Assembly (NCBI GenBank): GCA_052390235.1
Contig: JBQTHB010000001.1
Span: forward strand, 1 to 64,000
Length of the DNA: 64,000 nt
DNA from: Deltaproteobacteria bacterium
GTDB lineage: Bacteria; Desulfobacterota_D; UBA1144; Nemesobacterales; CSP1-2
Direction of reading: 5' to 3'
Shown: piece by piece, positions 49,845-59,543 of the stretch
Layout: each line of letters starts with the position of its first letter
Position numbering within the stretch: position 1 is the first letter of the stretch
Program-made: the position numbers and the translations under genes
The notes under the pieces: model-generated
The model's database searches: none
What the model was told of the DNA's origin: nothing
Seen by the model: only the letters and a program-made list of their open reading frames with translations

Positions 49845-51668
49845 ATGGGAAAAATAAGAATTCTCCCCGATGATTTGGTTTCCAAAATTGCGGCAGGCGA
49901 GATAGTCGAGCGCCCCGCCTCGGTAGTCAAGGAACTCCTTGAGAACTCTCTTGATGCCAGAAGCTCGCGGATAAGAATCGAGCTTAAATCGGGCGGCAGG
50001 AGATTAATACAGGTCTCGGACGACGGCGAGGGGATGACCAGAGACGACGCTCTGTACTCGCTTGAGCGCCACGCCACAAGCAAAATCCGCAGTATAGAAG
50101 ACCTCTTCTCGGTAAAAACCCTCGGTTTTCGGGGAGAAGCCCTACCCTCCATCGCAAGCGTGTCCCGATTCAGGCTCACGACCAGAGCGCGCGCAGAGAT
50201 TTCGGGCGTGCGTATTTCCGTTGACGGCGGAAGCCTCAGAAAAGTAGAAGAGGTCGGATGCCCCGAAGGAACGGCAATTGAAGCGCGGGATTTATTCTAC
50301 AACACCCCTGCCCGGCTCAAATTTATGAGAACCGGGGAGACGGAACTCCTCAACGCGCTCGACATAATTCAGCGTGAAGCCGCCGCGCGCCCCGATGTCG
50401 GCTTTGAGGTTATTCACGACGAGCGGGCCGTCATCCGCCTTGCCCCAAGGGAGGGGATTGAGGACAGGCTCCGGGAAATTTTCCTCGGCACCGAGCTATT
50501 CGCCGCGCAGGGAGAAGCCGAGGGCATCCTAGTCAAGGGATTCTTAAGCAGTCCAGATGACGAGCGCACTACTGGACAAAAACTATACTGCTACGTGAAC
50601 CGGCGCGCCGTGAAGGACAGGTTTCTCACCCGCATGGCGATTGAAGCCTACGGGAAGCTGATTGAGAAAGGGCGATACCCCCAGGGGGCGTTATTCATCG
50701 AGACCCCGGACGACGAGGTTGACGTAAACGTGCATCCCACAAAGAGCGAGGTGCGGTTTAGGAGGGGAAAGCTCGTGGGCGATTTAATTAAATCCTCAAT
50801 TTTCGAGACCCTGCGCCGCGCGCCGTGGATAAAAGGCTACAGGGAGAGGACAGTCGCCGCCGCAGAGGAATTCCATGAGAGAGGCGCCGCATTTGAAGGG
50901 GGATTCTCCAAATCGGCGCAGTTTAGAGATACCGCCACGAACCGGCTTGAAGAGGGCGGCCAAGGACCAGAATCCGGGGACACAACGAGCAGATTATCCC
51001 CGCCGCATGGAGATTCGCGCTATGCCGCCTCCCAAAACGCAGGGGATGATATAGATACTCCACCGGATTTATTTGCCGGAAAGGGGTATTTCTCGGCGCT
51101 GGAGGTTATAGGACAGCTGGGCGGGCTTTATATCGTCGCCTCGTCGCCCAAGGGGATGATCCTCATTGACCAGCACGCCGCCCACGAGAGGGTAAATTAC
51201 GAGCGATTTAAACAATCCTGCCTCGCAAATCAAATCGCGTCTCAAGAGCTTTTGATTCCCCTGGTAATGGAATTCTCCCCCCGCGAGGTCGAAATCATCA
51301 GAAAACACGCCCGCCAAATCGAGTCTTTGGGTATCAGAATCGAGGAATTCGGCGGCGGCTCTTTTGCCGTGAGGTCGCATCCGGCAATTATCGGAGCCGA
51401 CGACATCGGGAGTATAATTAAAAACATCATTGCCGAGATAGACGCTTTCGGAGAACAGGCGAGCCTCTCTGAGCGCATTGACCACATCGCGGCTACAATG
51501 GCTTGCCACGGCTCTATACGCGCAAACATGAGGCTTGGAGAATACGAGATAAAAGCCCTGCTCGCCGAACTCGGCCGAGCGGAGTTTCCCCACTTCTGCC
51601 CGCACGGGAGGCCCGTAGCCAGAGAGATAACGTTTCAGGAGCTAGAGCGGATGTTCAAGAGAACATAA
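49845..51668 (+). CDS. mutL: DNA mismatch repair endonuclease MutL
   Basis: IAAGEIVERPASVVKEL, GFRGEAL, DVNVHP, DQHAAHER, CPHGRP. Confidence 0.97.
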   Translation: MGKIRILPDDLVSKIAAGEIVERPASVVKELLENSLDARSSRIRIELKSGGRRLIQVSDDGEGMTRDDALYSLERHATSKIRSIEDLFSVKTLGFRGEALPSIASVSRFRLTTRARAEISGVRISVDGGSLRKVEEVGCPEGTAIEARDLFYNTPARLKFMRTGETELLNALDIIQREAAARPDVGFEVIHDERAVIRLAPREGIEDRLREIFLGTELFAAQGEAEGILVKGFLSSPDDERTTGQKLYCYVNRRAVKDRFLTRMAIEAYGKLIEKGRYPQGALFIETPDDEVDVNVHPTKSEVRFRRGKLVGDLIKSSIFETLRRAPWIKGYRERTVAAAEEFHERGAAFEGGFSKSAQFRDTATNRLEEGGQGPESGDTTSRLSPPHGDSRYAASQNAGDDIDTPPDLFAGKGYFSALEVIGQLGGLYIVASSPKGMILIDQHAAHERVNYERFKQSCLANQIASQELLIPLVMEFSPREVEIIRKHARQIESLGIRIEEFGGGSFAVRSHPAIIGADDIGSIIKNIIAEIDAFGEQASLSERIDHIAATMACHGSIRANMRLGEYEIKALLAELGRAEFPHFCPHGRPVAREITFQELERMFKRT

Positions 51669-52277
51669 ATGAGCAAAGAGCTTATCATCTCAAAACTCAG
51701 AGAAAGCGCGGAGATTAAATTAAAACTAGCCAAAGAGTCGCTTCAGGAAATAGCAGATGCCGCTGAGCTAATACAAAAATGCCTCAGAGCCGGGGGCAAA
51801 GTCCTCATCTTTGGAAACGGCGGAAGCGCGTCGGACTCTCAGCACATCGCGGCGGAGCTGGTGAACCGGTATCAAAAAGAGCGAAAAGCCCTCGCCGCCC
51901 TCGCCCTTACTACCGATGCGTCAATACTGACCTCGATTTCTAACGACTCCGGATTTGAAAATGTGTTCTCAAGGCAAATTGAGGCGTTGGGCAAAAAGGG
52001 GGACGTCGCATGGGGGATTTCCACGAGCGGGAGGTCGCCAAACGTAGTAAAAGCCCTTGAGGCGGCAAAGCAGGGGGGAATGAAGACGCTCGCTCTTACG
52101 GGCGGCGACGGCGGGAAGCTGAAGAAAATCGCAGACCTCTCGATAATTATCCCATCGTCGTCAACCGCCCGCATTCAGGAGGCGCATATCACCATAGCCC
52201 ACATCCTCTGCGAGATAATCGAAGAGGCGGCTTGCGTGAAGAGAGACCCTCCCAAGGGCAAGCCGCAAGATTTATAA
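51669..52277 (+). CDS. gmhA: Phosphoheptose (sedoheptulose-7-phosphate) isomerase
   Basis: GNGGSASDSQH, FSRQIEA, STSGRSPNV, RIQEAH. Confidence 0.93.
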   Translation: MSKELIISKLRESAEIKLKLAKESLQEIADAAELIQKCLRAGGKVLIFGNGGSASDSQHIAAELVNRYQKERKALAALALTTDASILTSISNDSGFENVFSRQIEALGKKGDVAWGISTSGRSPNVVKALEAAKQGGMKTLALTGGDGGKLKKIADLSIIIPSSSTARIQEAHITIAHILCEIIEEAACVKRDPPKGKPQDL

Positions 52278-52338
52278 TAGCCCCTGCTTAAGATGAGAAT
52301 TTTATCCCGCATCAACACACCACAGCGCGCCCTGAACC

Positions 52339-53025
52339 ATGCCGAAAAGCTATCCGATTAATTTAACACTCCAGAGCAAAAAATGTGTCGTCGCAGGCGG
52401 CGGAAAGGTCGGCGAGAGAAAGGTTCTCTCCCTGATAGAGTGCGGCGCGGACGTTCTCCTGGTCAGCCCCAAAATCACCCCCGCGCTGAGAAAACTCGCC
52501 ACGGATGGGCAGATACACTACGCGCAGCGAGCCTTTGAGACCTCGGATCTACAGGGAGCGACCCTCGCCTTCGCCGCCACAGACGACTCGCGCATAAACC
52601 GTCTCATTGCCAATGACGCAAAGGCGCGCTCAATTTGGGTAAACGCGGCGGATAATCCCAAAATCTCGGATTTTACGTCCCCATCAGTCCTGAGACGCGG
52701 AGATTTTACAATTGCCGTATCCACGCAAGGCGCAAGCCCCGCCCTCGCCCGAGCGCTGAGGGAGAGGCTGGCAAACCTGTTCGGCGGCGAATATGAGATA
52801 TTTGCCGAAATCCTCAGAGGGCTGAGGGATACAATGAAACCCCTGCCCAGGCAGGAGAGGGAGCGGCGACTGAGGGAGGTTGCCAAATCCAACATTCCAG
52901 AGTTCATACGCGAGGGAAATTACGAAAAAACCGAGGCTGAAACCGCGAGAATCTCAGGACTCGCCGCGGATGAGATTCGCAGAATTTTCTCCCGTCTTGG
53001 CAAACGACCCAGTAATTCGCTATAG
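52339..53025 (+). CDS. Precorrin-2 dehydrogenase / sirohydrochlorin ferrochelatase (CysG-N/SirC/Met8-like)
   Basis: YPINL, GGGKVGERK, AATDD, VNAAD, AVSTQGASPALA. Confidence 0.92.
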   Translation: MPKSYPINLTLQSKKCVVAGGGKVGERKVLSLIECGADVLLVSPKITPALRKLATDGQIHYAQRAFETSDLQGATLAFAATDDSRINRLIANDAKARSIWVNAADNPKISDFTSPSVLRRGDFTIAVSTQGASPALARALRERLANLFGGEYEIFAEILRGLRDTMKPLPRQERERRLREVAKSNIPEFIREGNYEKTEAETARISGLAADEIRRIFSRLGKRPSNSL

Positions 53026-53062
53026 TGTAAGATACAATACCCCGACGGAGCAGACCCTGCAG

Positions 53063-54187
53063 ATGATTCAAAAAGAGCGAATGACCGAACACGCAATGGA
53101 TTTAATTCGCATTGACAGCCTATCGAGAAGAGAAAGAGAGGTCGCTCTGCGGCTCAAGCGCGATATGGAAGCGGTCGGGGGGGAGTGTATTTTCGACGGC
53201 GCAGGCGATAAAGTAGGGGGCAATGTCGGCAATCTAATAGTGAGAATAGAGGGAAACGCGAGGGGCGCCCCGCCCTTTTTCCTCTCCTCTCACATGGACA
53301 CCGTAGCGCCTGGAGAGGGGATAAAGCCCCGAATTGACGGCGGCGTGATACGAAGCGACGGCGCCACAATATTGGGGAGCGACGACAAGAGCGGGCTTGC
53401 CGTGATAGTCGAGGTCATAAGAACGCTCAAGGAGCGGGGTCTGCCTCACGGAGACATTGAACTCGCCTTCACGATATGCGAGGAGGTAGGGCTTCTGGGC
53501 GCGAGGCACATTGACAGCTCGAAATTCAGATCGAAACAGGGAGTGGTTCTAGACAGCGCGTCGCCTTTTCATCTCGTAACCAAATGCCCCTCGGCAGACA
53601 GGCTCGAATTCACAGTACACGGGCTTGAGGCGCACGCGGGGGTATGCCCGGAGCGAGGCGTTAGCGCGATAAAAATCGCATCCGAAGCGATAGCGGCGAT
53701 GAGGCTTGGGCGAATTGATTTCGAGACTACGGCGAACGTAGGCGTTATCCGAGGGGGAATCGCAACCAACATAGTCCCGAAATTCGTTGAGATAATTGCC
53801 GAGGCTAGGAGCCATAACGAAGAGAAACTCCGAGCGCAGACCCTGCAGATGAGCCGATGCCTCCATGAAGCCGCGTCGAGGTATGAAAATGCCCGAATCG
53901 AAGAGAGGGTGGACAGAACGTATTGGAAAATGGACGTATCGCTGGAATCGAGTATATCGAAGCTCGTAAGCAGGGCGTCCTCCGACCTCGGCTATCAGAT
54001 GACCCCCTCGGCAAGCGGCGGCGGATGCGACGCCAATTACTTCAACCGCCAGGGGATTGAGTGTGTCAACCTCGGCACAGGAATGAAGGAAATCCATACG
54101 GTTAACGAATACCTAGTCCTCAGCGAATTCTACGCTGCCGCCGAGATTATCCTAGAGGCAATTACTCGAAACGCAGCGGATGGTTAG
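53063..54187 (+). CDS. M20 family peptidase (peptidase T-like)
   Basis: HMDTV.PG, LGSDDKSG, EE.GL.G, GGGCDAN, IHTVNE. Confidence 0.9.
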   Translation: MIQKERMTEHAMDLIRIDSLSRREREVALRLKRDMEAVGGECIFDGAGDKVGGNVGNLIVRIEGNARGAPPFFLSSHMDTVAPGEGIKPRIDGGVIRSDGATILGSDDKSGLAVIVEVIRTLKERGLPHGDIELAFTICEEVGLLGARHIDSSKFRSKQGVVLDSASPFHLVTKCPSADRLEFTVHGLEAHAGVCPERGVSAIKIASEAIAAMRLGRIDFETTANVGVIRGGIATNIVPKFVEIIAEARSHNEEKLRAQTLQMSRCLHEAASRYENARIEERVDRTYWKMDVSLESSISKLVSRASSDLGYQMTPSASGGGCDANYFNRQGIECVNLGTGMKEIHTVNEYLVLSEFYAAAEIILEAITRNAADG

Positions 54188-54259
54188 CGCAGATGCCAGA
54201 ATATGGACACGCATCGCCCCGATAGCCACTAACAGATAATTTTTGATTAAACACCGCAG

Positions 54260-54634
54260 ATGAAAAAAAGAGCGCTCATTCTCATTGACCACGGAAGCGT
54301 CGTCAAAGAGGCAAACGATATGCTGCATGGGCTTGCCGAGCTTATACGCCGGAGGGCAGGCTCGAGTTTCGACATAATACGCATCGCCCACATGGAGCTT
54401 GCCGCGCCTACGGTTGCCGAGGCTTTTGATGCCTGCGTTGCCGAGGGCGCCGGGGAAATCGTAGCGCATCCGTACTTTCTCGCCCCCGGACGGCACTCCA
54501 CAATGGACATCCCGCGAATGGTCGCAGAGGCGGCGGCAATGCACCCTTCGGTAAAATATTCCGTAACCGCCCCGCTCGGACTGCACGAGAAGCTGGTTGA
54601 TGTGGTTTTGGAGAGGGCAAAGACGGGGAAATGA
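54260..54634 (+). CDS. Small CbiX/SirB-type class II chelatase
   Basis: DHGS, AHMELAAP, PYFLAPGRH..DIP, PLG.H. Confidence 0.88.
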   Translation: MKKRALILIDHGSVVKEANDMLHGLAELIRRRAGSSFDIIRIAHMELAAPTVAEAFDACVAEGAGEIVAHPYFLAPGRHSTMDIPRMVAEAAAMHPSVKYSVTAPLGLHEKLVDVVLERAKTGK

Positions 54635-55377
54635 AAAAATACGGCGCGGCTCTTTTCGACCTTTTCGACACAGTCGTCAGCTTTGACCGAGCGCGAATAG
54701 AGACGGTTCAGGTCAACGGCTCGGAGATGAAATCAACCAGCAGGGCCGTTTACAGCACATTTCAGCGATTCTACCGAGGCGTGGGGTTCGAGGCGTTTTA
54801 CGAGGCGTTCGTCGGGAGCTACGTGGAGTTCAATGAAATCAAAGAGCGAGACCTCAGGGAATATCCCAATCGCCAGAGGTTTGGGCTTATGTTGAGGGGA
54901 CTCGGCATCCAATCCGCCAACGATGACGAGGCGGCTTTGGCTATGACCTCCTCGCACATGGAGGGAATCGCGGCGGGCGTCTATTTCCCGGAGGAAAATA
55001 GAGAGGTTTTGCAGAAGCTCTCGCGCAGATATAGGATTGCGCTGGTATCAAATTTTGACCACGCCGAGACGGCCTATAGCCTGCTTCGGAAATTCGACAT
55101 CGAGCGGTATTTTGAGCAGATGGTCATTTCAATCGAGTTTGGATGGAGAAAACCCAAGCCCGATATTTTCCGCCACGCTCTGGAGCGGCTCGGAGTTGCC
55201 GCAGAGGACAGTGTATTTGTCGGCGATAATTTCGACGCTGATGTGAGAGGCTCGAAATCCGTCGGCATGGACGCCGTGTGGATAAATAAATTCGGCGAGC
55301 AAACTCCCGAGGAAAAGTCGGTAGAGCCGGATTACACGGTCTTGAGATTCGCCGATATAAGGCATTTTCTGCTATGA
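54631..55377 (+). CDS. HAD family hydrolase
   Basis: FDLFDT, VSNFD, RKP.PDIF, VGDN..AD. Confidence 0.9.
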   Translation: MKKYGAALFDLFDTVVSFDRARIETVQVNGSEMKSTSRAVYSTFQRFYRGVGFEAFYEAFVGSYVEFNEIKERDLREYPNRQRFGLMLRGLGIQSANDDEAALAMTSSHMEGIAAGVYFPEENREVLQKLSRRYRIALVSNFDHAETAYSLLRKFDIERYFEQMVISIEFGWRKPKPDIFRHALERLGVAAEDSVFVGDNFDADVRGSKSVGMDAVWINKFGEQTPEEKSVEPDYTVLRFADIRHFLL

Positions 55378-56042
55378 GCGACACGCCGCATCTCGCTTCC
55401 ATCCAAGTAGGAATCCCCAGGCGCATGGGCGGCGGGAAATCCGCGAATTTGCTCGATACCCCCTGGTATTCCGCCATTTTCAAAGACCCCGTCGAGGGGA
55501 AAATCCGGCTGGGCAAAACCAACCTCGCTGGAGACCGCCAGGCCGACCTCAGGGTTCACGGAGGGGCGGATAAAGCAGTCTGCGCCTATCCCGCGCGCCA
55601 CTACCCGTTTTGGAGGGAGGCGCTGGGAGCGGAGATTCTCTTTGGGGCGTTCGGGGAGAATTTTACAGTCGCCGGGCTAGACGAGCGCGAGGCTTGTATC
55701 GGGGATATTTTCGCCGCCGGGGAGGCGACTTTGCAAATCACCCAGCCCCGTCAGCCGTGCGTGAAATTATGCCGCAGACACGGGCGGGAGGATATGATAG
55801 AGAGGGTTCACGAGAGCGTCCGTGTAGGCTGGTATTTCAGGACTCTCGCGGAGGGGTTCGTAGAGCGCGGAGACGAACTCAGGCTCATCGAGCGGCCGCA
55901 CCCGAACTGGACGGTTGAGCTAGTCTATAGGCTACGGTTCTCGCCCGATACGGACAGAAACTGCGCCCTTGCCCTTTCCAACTGCCGGGAACTTTCCGAG
56001 CGCTGGAGGCGGGAGTTTAAGCGCAAATCCGGGCGCGGGTAG
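55374..56042 (+). CDS. MOSC domain protein (YiiM-like)
   Basis: GDRQADLRVHGG.DKAV, FGENF, QPRQPC.KL, GWYFR. Confidence 0.92.
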   Translation: MSDTPHLASIQVGIPRRMGGGKSANLLDTPWYSAIFKDPVEGKIRLGKTNLAGDRQADLRVHGGADKAVCAYPARHYPFWREALGAEILFGAFGENFTVAGLDEREACIGDIFAAGEATLQITQPRQPCVKLCRRHGREDMIERVHESVRVGWYFRTLAEGFVERGDELRLIERPHPNWTVELVYRLRFSPDTDRNCALALSNCRELSERWRREFKRKSGRG

Positions 56043-56103
56043 GCGTAAAATATGAAGAATAGCTAATTCGCGCCTGCCGCGGCTAAACCCCTCTTTCATC
56101 GAA

Positions 56104-56841
56104 TCACTTCCCCGCCTTTAAAAACTCTATGTCTCCGTAATAAGCCACTGCCGCCTCGCCCGTGTTGTCGGTGTCTGTCATGATAGCCACGGCGGAAATC
56201 GCCGTCGGCTCTCTGCCGAACGCGCGCTTAAAGTCCTCATAGACATCGCGCTGTTCAAAAACCCACTCGCCGACTTTCGCATCCCCGCTCTCGGCAACGA
56301 ACATCTTCGATTGCTTCAAGTGCGGATTCGAGGCAAAAGCGCCATCGGGGCTGTTTTTCGTCCAGATGTAGTTTATCGCCCCAAGCGGGGGGAATTTCCC
56401 GTAGGCAAGGCGCGCCGCTTTATATTTTGCCCTCTCCAGCGCGCTGGATTTCGACGGGTCGTATTGAAAGGTGATGTAAATCCTAGCCGAATAGTCGTCG
56501 CCCTTTTTGCTCTTGAGGTCGCTTCCCCGCAGGGTGTTGGCTATCTTCCACCTCCAGCGAATTATTGGGTACTCCTTCGGGTCAATTTTAATCTCCCGCG
56601 AGAGGGCTGACACCGCCCCTTGGCTCGTTGCCATGACGACCATCACGCCCCCCTCTTTTACGAGTCCGTAATGGGTGTGCTTGGGGCTGTTTTTAAACGT
56701 AAACGGCGACCAACCGGACGGAAGCCCCCCCTCGGCAGTCTCAGCTGAAAACCTGCCGACCTCTATGGTATCAGGCGATAGCGCGGCGGATGGAATTGAC
56801 ATCGCGGCTAGCATTGCGAGCAGTAGCATAGATTGTCTCAT
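56104..56841 (-). CDS. DUF3047 family exported protein
   Basis: Signal peptide; WRWK, GDDY.AR.Y, INYIW, RDVYEDF..AFG, IMTDTDNTG. Confidence 0.85.
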   Translation of the reverse strand: MRQSMLLLAMLAAMSIPSAALSPDTIEVGRFSAETAEGGLPSGWSPFTFKNSPKHTHYGLVKEGGVMVVMATSQGAVSALSREIKIDPKEYPIIRWRWKIANTLRGSDLKSKKGDDYSARIYITFQYDPSKSSALERAKYKAARLAYGKFPPLGAINYIWTKNSPDGAFASNPHLKQSKMFVAESGDAKVGEWVFEQRDVYEDFKRAFGREPTAISAVAIMTDTDNTGEAAVAYYGDIEFLKAGK

Positions 56842-56938
56842 GAACTGGCAATTCTCCTCGGTTTAGATAGATTTTATACTGCCGCAGACCAGCTCCGGCA
56901 ATAACAGTAGAATAGCCTACAAAAGAGGATTCGGCGCA

Positions 56939-57652
56939 ATGAAAATCCTAGCCCTAAGACACGTCCCTCACGAGCATTTAGGACTCCTCAGCGACATTTT
57001 GGACGAGGCCGGCATAGAATATGAGTATGTGAATCTCTGGGAGGACGCAACTCCTGAAATAAACCTCGGCAGGGCGTCGGGGCTTATCATCTTGGGAGGG
57101 CCCATGAATGTCTATGAGGCGGACAAATTCCCTTTCCTAGAGCTTGAGGACGCAGTAATCAAAGAGGCAGTAGCGCGCAAAATCCCGACCCTCGGAATCT
57201 GCCTTGGGGCGCAACTCCTAGCAAAATCCCTTGGGGCTAGGGTTATAAAAAATCACGAGAAGGAAATCGGCTGGTATCCGCTCAGAATCTCAGACGAGGG
57301 GGCTTGCGACAAATTATTTGGCAATTTCAGCTTGGATGAGACCGTGTTTCAGTGGCACGGAGACACGTTCGATATACCGTCCGGGGCGGCGCATCTGGCG
57401 TCGTCCGCGCTGTGCCAAAATCAGGCTTTTCGCTACGGCGAGAGTGCCTATGGGCTACAGTTTCACATCGAGGTTACGGAGCCTATGGTCAGCGAATGGC
57501 TCGCCGTGGCTGAGAATCGAGAGGAAATCGCGGCTCTCGGAGGGAAAATCGAGCCGGCGGCAATACTCAATGAGACTCCGAAGCGAATCGGCAGGCTCAA
57601 TTCCCTAGCGCGGCGCGTGTTTCTGGAGCTATGCCAATTAATCAAAAGTTAG
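56939..57652 (+). CDS. Type 1 glutamine amidotransferase-like protein
   Basis: GGPM, GICLGAQ, WHGDTF, QFHIE. Confidence 0.92.
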   Translation: MKILALRHVPHEHLGLLSDILDEAGIEYEYVNLWEDATPEINLGRASGLIILGGPMNVYEADKFPFLELEDAVIKEAVARKIPTLGICLGAQLLAKSLGARVIKNHEKEIGWYPLRISDEGACDKLFGNFSLDETVFQWHGDTFDIPSGAAHLASSALCQNQAFRYGESAYGLQFHIEVTEPMVSEWLAVAENREEIAALGGKIEPAAILNETPKRIGRLNSLARRVFLELCQLIKS

Positions 57653-57700
57653 AGAGGGGAGAGCGCAAACCCCCACCCCTCCCGAATCGAGACCAGCCCC

Positions 57701-58135
57701 TTAGGGAATGTCTTTAATTTTTGTCCAATTCCCATCCGCTTTGGCGATGTTGCCCGCAACGTCCTTGACCCACCTGCCCTGTACGCCGCTGCTGTAGTTC
57801 AGGTAGAGCCGCCCGTTTACAATCTTCCACGCTTCGGGGTCAGACTGAACCTTGTAGCCCGATGCAACCCCGTATGCGCAGTAACCGCCGTATGCCGGGA
57901 GATATTTCTGGGGGTTTGACTCAAATTCCTTTTTATTGGCATCGCTTGCGAAGTGGTAGCTCGCGCCCTCAATCTCGGCGGCGTACTCGGAGCTTCCCTT
58001 TACTGGCTTTCCCTCGGTGTGATATGAAACGAGGTCGTAGCCCTCAATTGCAACGCTCTGTGCCATGGCGAGGGACGCCGAGGCGATAATAAACAGGGCA
58101 AAAACCACGCCCAACACTGATATGAATCTCATCAT
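57701..58135 (-). CDS. Exported YHS domain protein
   Basis: Signal peptide; GYDLVSY, F..NPQKYLPAYGGYCAYG, GRLYLN. Confidence 0.88.
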   Translation of the reverse strand: MMRFISVLGVVFALFIIASASLAMAQSVAIEGYDLVSYHTEGKPVKGSSEYAAEIEGASYHFASDANKKEFESNPQKYLPAYGGYCAYGVASGYKVQSDPEAWKIVNGRLYLNYSSGVQGRWVKDVAGNIAKADGNWTKIKDIP

Positions 58136-58292
58136 AATAGATCTCCTTCACTTAAGTGATTTCCCATTACGATGCAGGATGAGTACAGGGGTTTCAGGGA
58201 ATTATCGACTATGGGTATTAAAAACGCCGCATCTATCAGCGAAATCGCCCGAAATCCCGCAGAGCCGCTCCCAATAATCACCCTCGAAAAAT

Positions 58293-58973
58293 TCAGGGGA
58301 ACAGCCGCTCCAAGTCCTCGAACTTCGCCTCGGCTAGGCTCCCAACCACCAAATCCGCGCTAGATAGCCTCTCAGCGGGATAGGAATTGGCAACGGCAAG
58401 ACACTTCATCCCCGCGGCTCGGGCGGCGGCGATGCCGTGTATGGAATCCTCTACAACTAGGCACTGGCGGGCGGGTATGTGGGGGGAGCGGGTTTCGTTA
58501 ATTCGGCTGAGGGCTTTGATAAATGTCTCAGGGTGGGGCTTGCAGTGGACGACGTCGTCCGCGCTTACGATGATGGGGAATTCATCGAGTAGCCCTGCGT
58601 GGCGTAGGATAAATTCGATCTCCCCACTCAGCGCCCCTGAGCCTATGGCAAGGGTGTATTTGCGGGAAGCGGCTCGGATGAAATCGGCGACTCCGTGGAA
58701 TATCGCTATATTCTCGCGGATGAATTTATCGAAATAGCCGGATTTGCGGGACATCATTGCTCTCAAAGCCGCTTTATCGAGATTCTGCCCCCTGTCCGAA
58801 TAAAAGGCGGAGAAAAACCCTCTGTCGTCGAGGGCGAGGTATCGCTCGACGTACTCGGACTCGAAAAAGGGGAATCCCTCCTCGGCTAGCGCCGCTTGAA
58901 ATGCCCTGAAATGCACGGGCTCGGCATCGGCTATCGTGCCGTCGAAATCAAAAATTATCGCTCTTAGCATCAA
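58293..58973 (-). CDS. HAD-IA phosphatase (beta-PGM/CbbY-like)
   Basis: FDFDGT, KPHPE, VEDS..GI.AA.AAGM. Confidence 0.92.
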   Translation of the reverse strand: MMLRAIIFDFDGTIADAEPVHFRAFQAALAEEGFPFFESEYVERYLALDDRGFFSAFYSDRGQNLDKAALRAMMSRKSGYFDKFIRENIAIFHGVADFIRAASRKYTLAIGSGALSGEIEFILRHAGLLDEFPIIVSADDVVHCKPHPETFIKALSRINETRSPHIPARQCLVVEDSIHGIAAARAAGMKCLAVANSYPAERLSSADLVVGSLAEAKFEDLERLFP

Positions 58974-59047
58974 TCTCTCCCTCCTCTGGGGGATGTTTCG
59001 TCTTCGGTTGCGGCAGATGAGTCTATCATAAGATGGAGGTTAGCCTA

Positions 59048-59084
59048 TTGAATCAGATGAAACTTTTATGATATAGTGTCATCT
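59048..59084 (+). promoter_or_regulatory. Putative promoter with overlapping imperfect inverted repeat (candidate ArsR operator)
   Basis: TTGAAT-18 bp-TATAGT with TG extension; AGATGAaACT...AGTgTCATCT (59055-59084); AGATGAAACT recurs at 59108. Confidence 0.55.
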
Positions 59085-59097
59085 TAACGGAGAGTTA

Positions 59098-59454
59098 ATG
59101 ATTTACGAGATGAAACTACTAACATCAAAGGAATGCGCGAGGGTCTTTAAGGCGCTTGCCGAAGAGACTAGGCTTGAGATAATGCAGTGCCTGTTCAAAG
59201 AGGAGCGCTCGGTCTCGGACATAGCCAAGGAAATTGGCAAAGAGGTCTCAAAGGTGTCGCACCACCTCGGCATTTTGCGAGGGGCGGGGCTGGTGACAGA
59301 CAAAAAAGAGGGCAAGTTCGTCGTCTATCAGATTCACCCCGTAATTTACAATCAAATCAAGCGCAATAACTTGAAAAACGCCCTGATTTTCAACTGTTGC
59401 TCGATAGAGTTTGACGGGAAGTCCGTCTCTAGGGGCGCAGGGGGCGGAGTTTGA
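59098..59454 (+). CDS. ArsR/SmtB family transcriptional repressor
   Basis: FKALAEETRLEI, VSHHLGILR.AGLV..KKEGK.V.Y; C-terminal NCC. Confidence 0.92.
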   Translation: MIYEMKLLTSKECARVFKALAEETRLEIMQCLFKEERSVSDIAKEIGKEVSKVSHHLGILRGAGLVTDKKEGKFVVYQIHPVIYNQIKRNNLKNALIFNCCSIEFDGKSVSRGAGGGV

Positions 59455-59543
59455 GGCGATATTCTCATATTCATAGATACATAAAAGCTCGTATTATATA
59501 CGGAAACCCAACCCAAGATTAGCCAAGGAGGCTTACGAATAAC

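Noticed and set aside
59455..59543. RiPP precursor peptide for the RRE-rSAM protein
   Set aside because: No start-codon ORF with SD in this gap or in 62094-62148; any precursor would have to lie elsewhere
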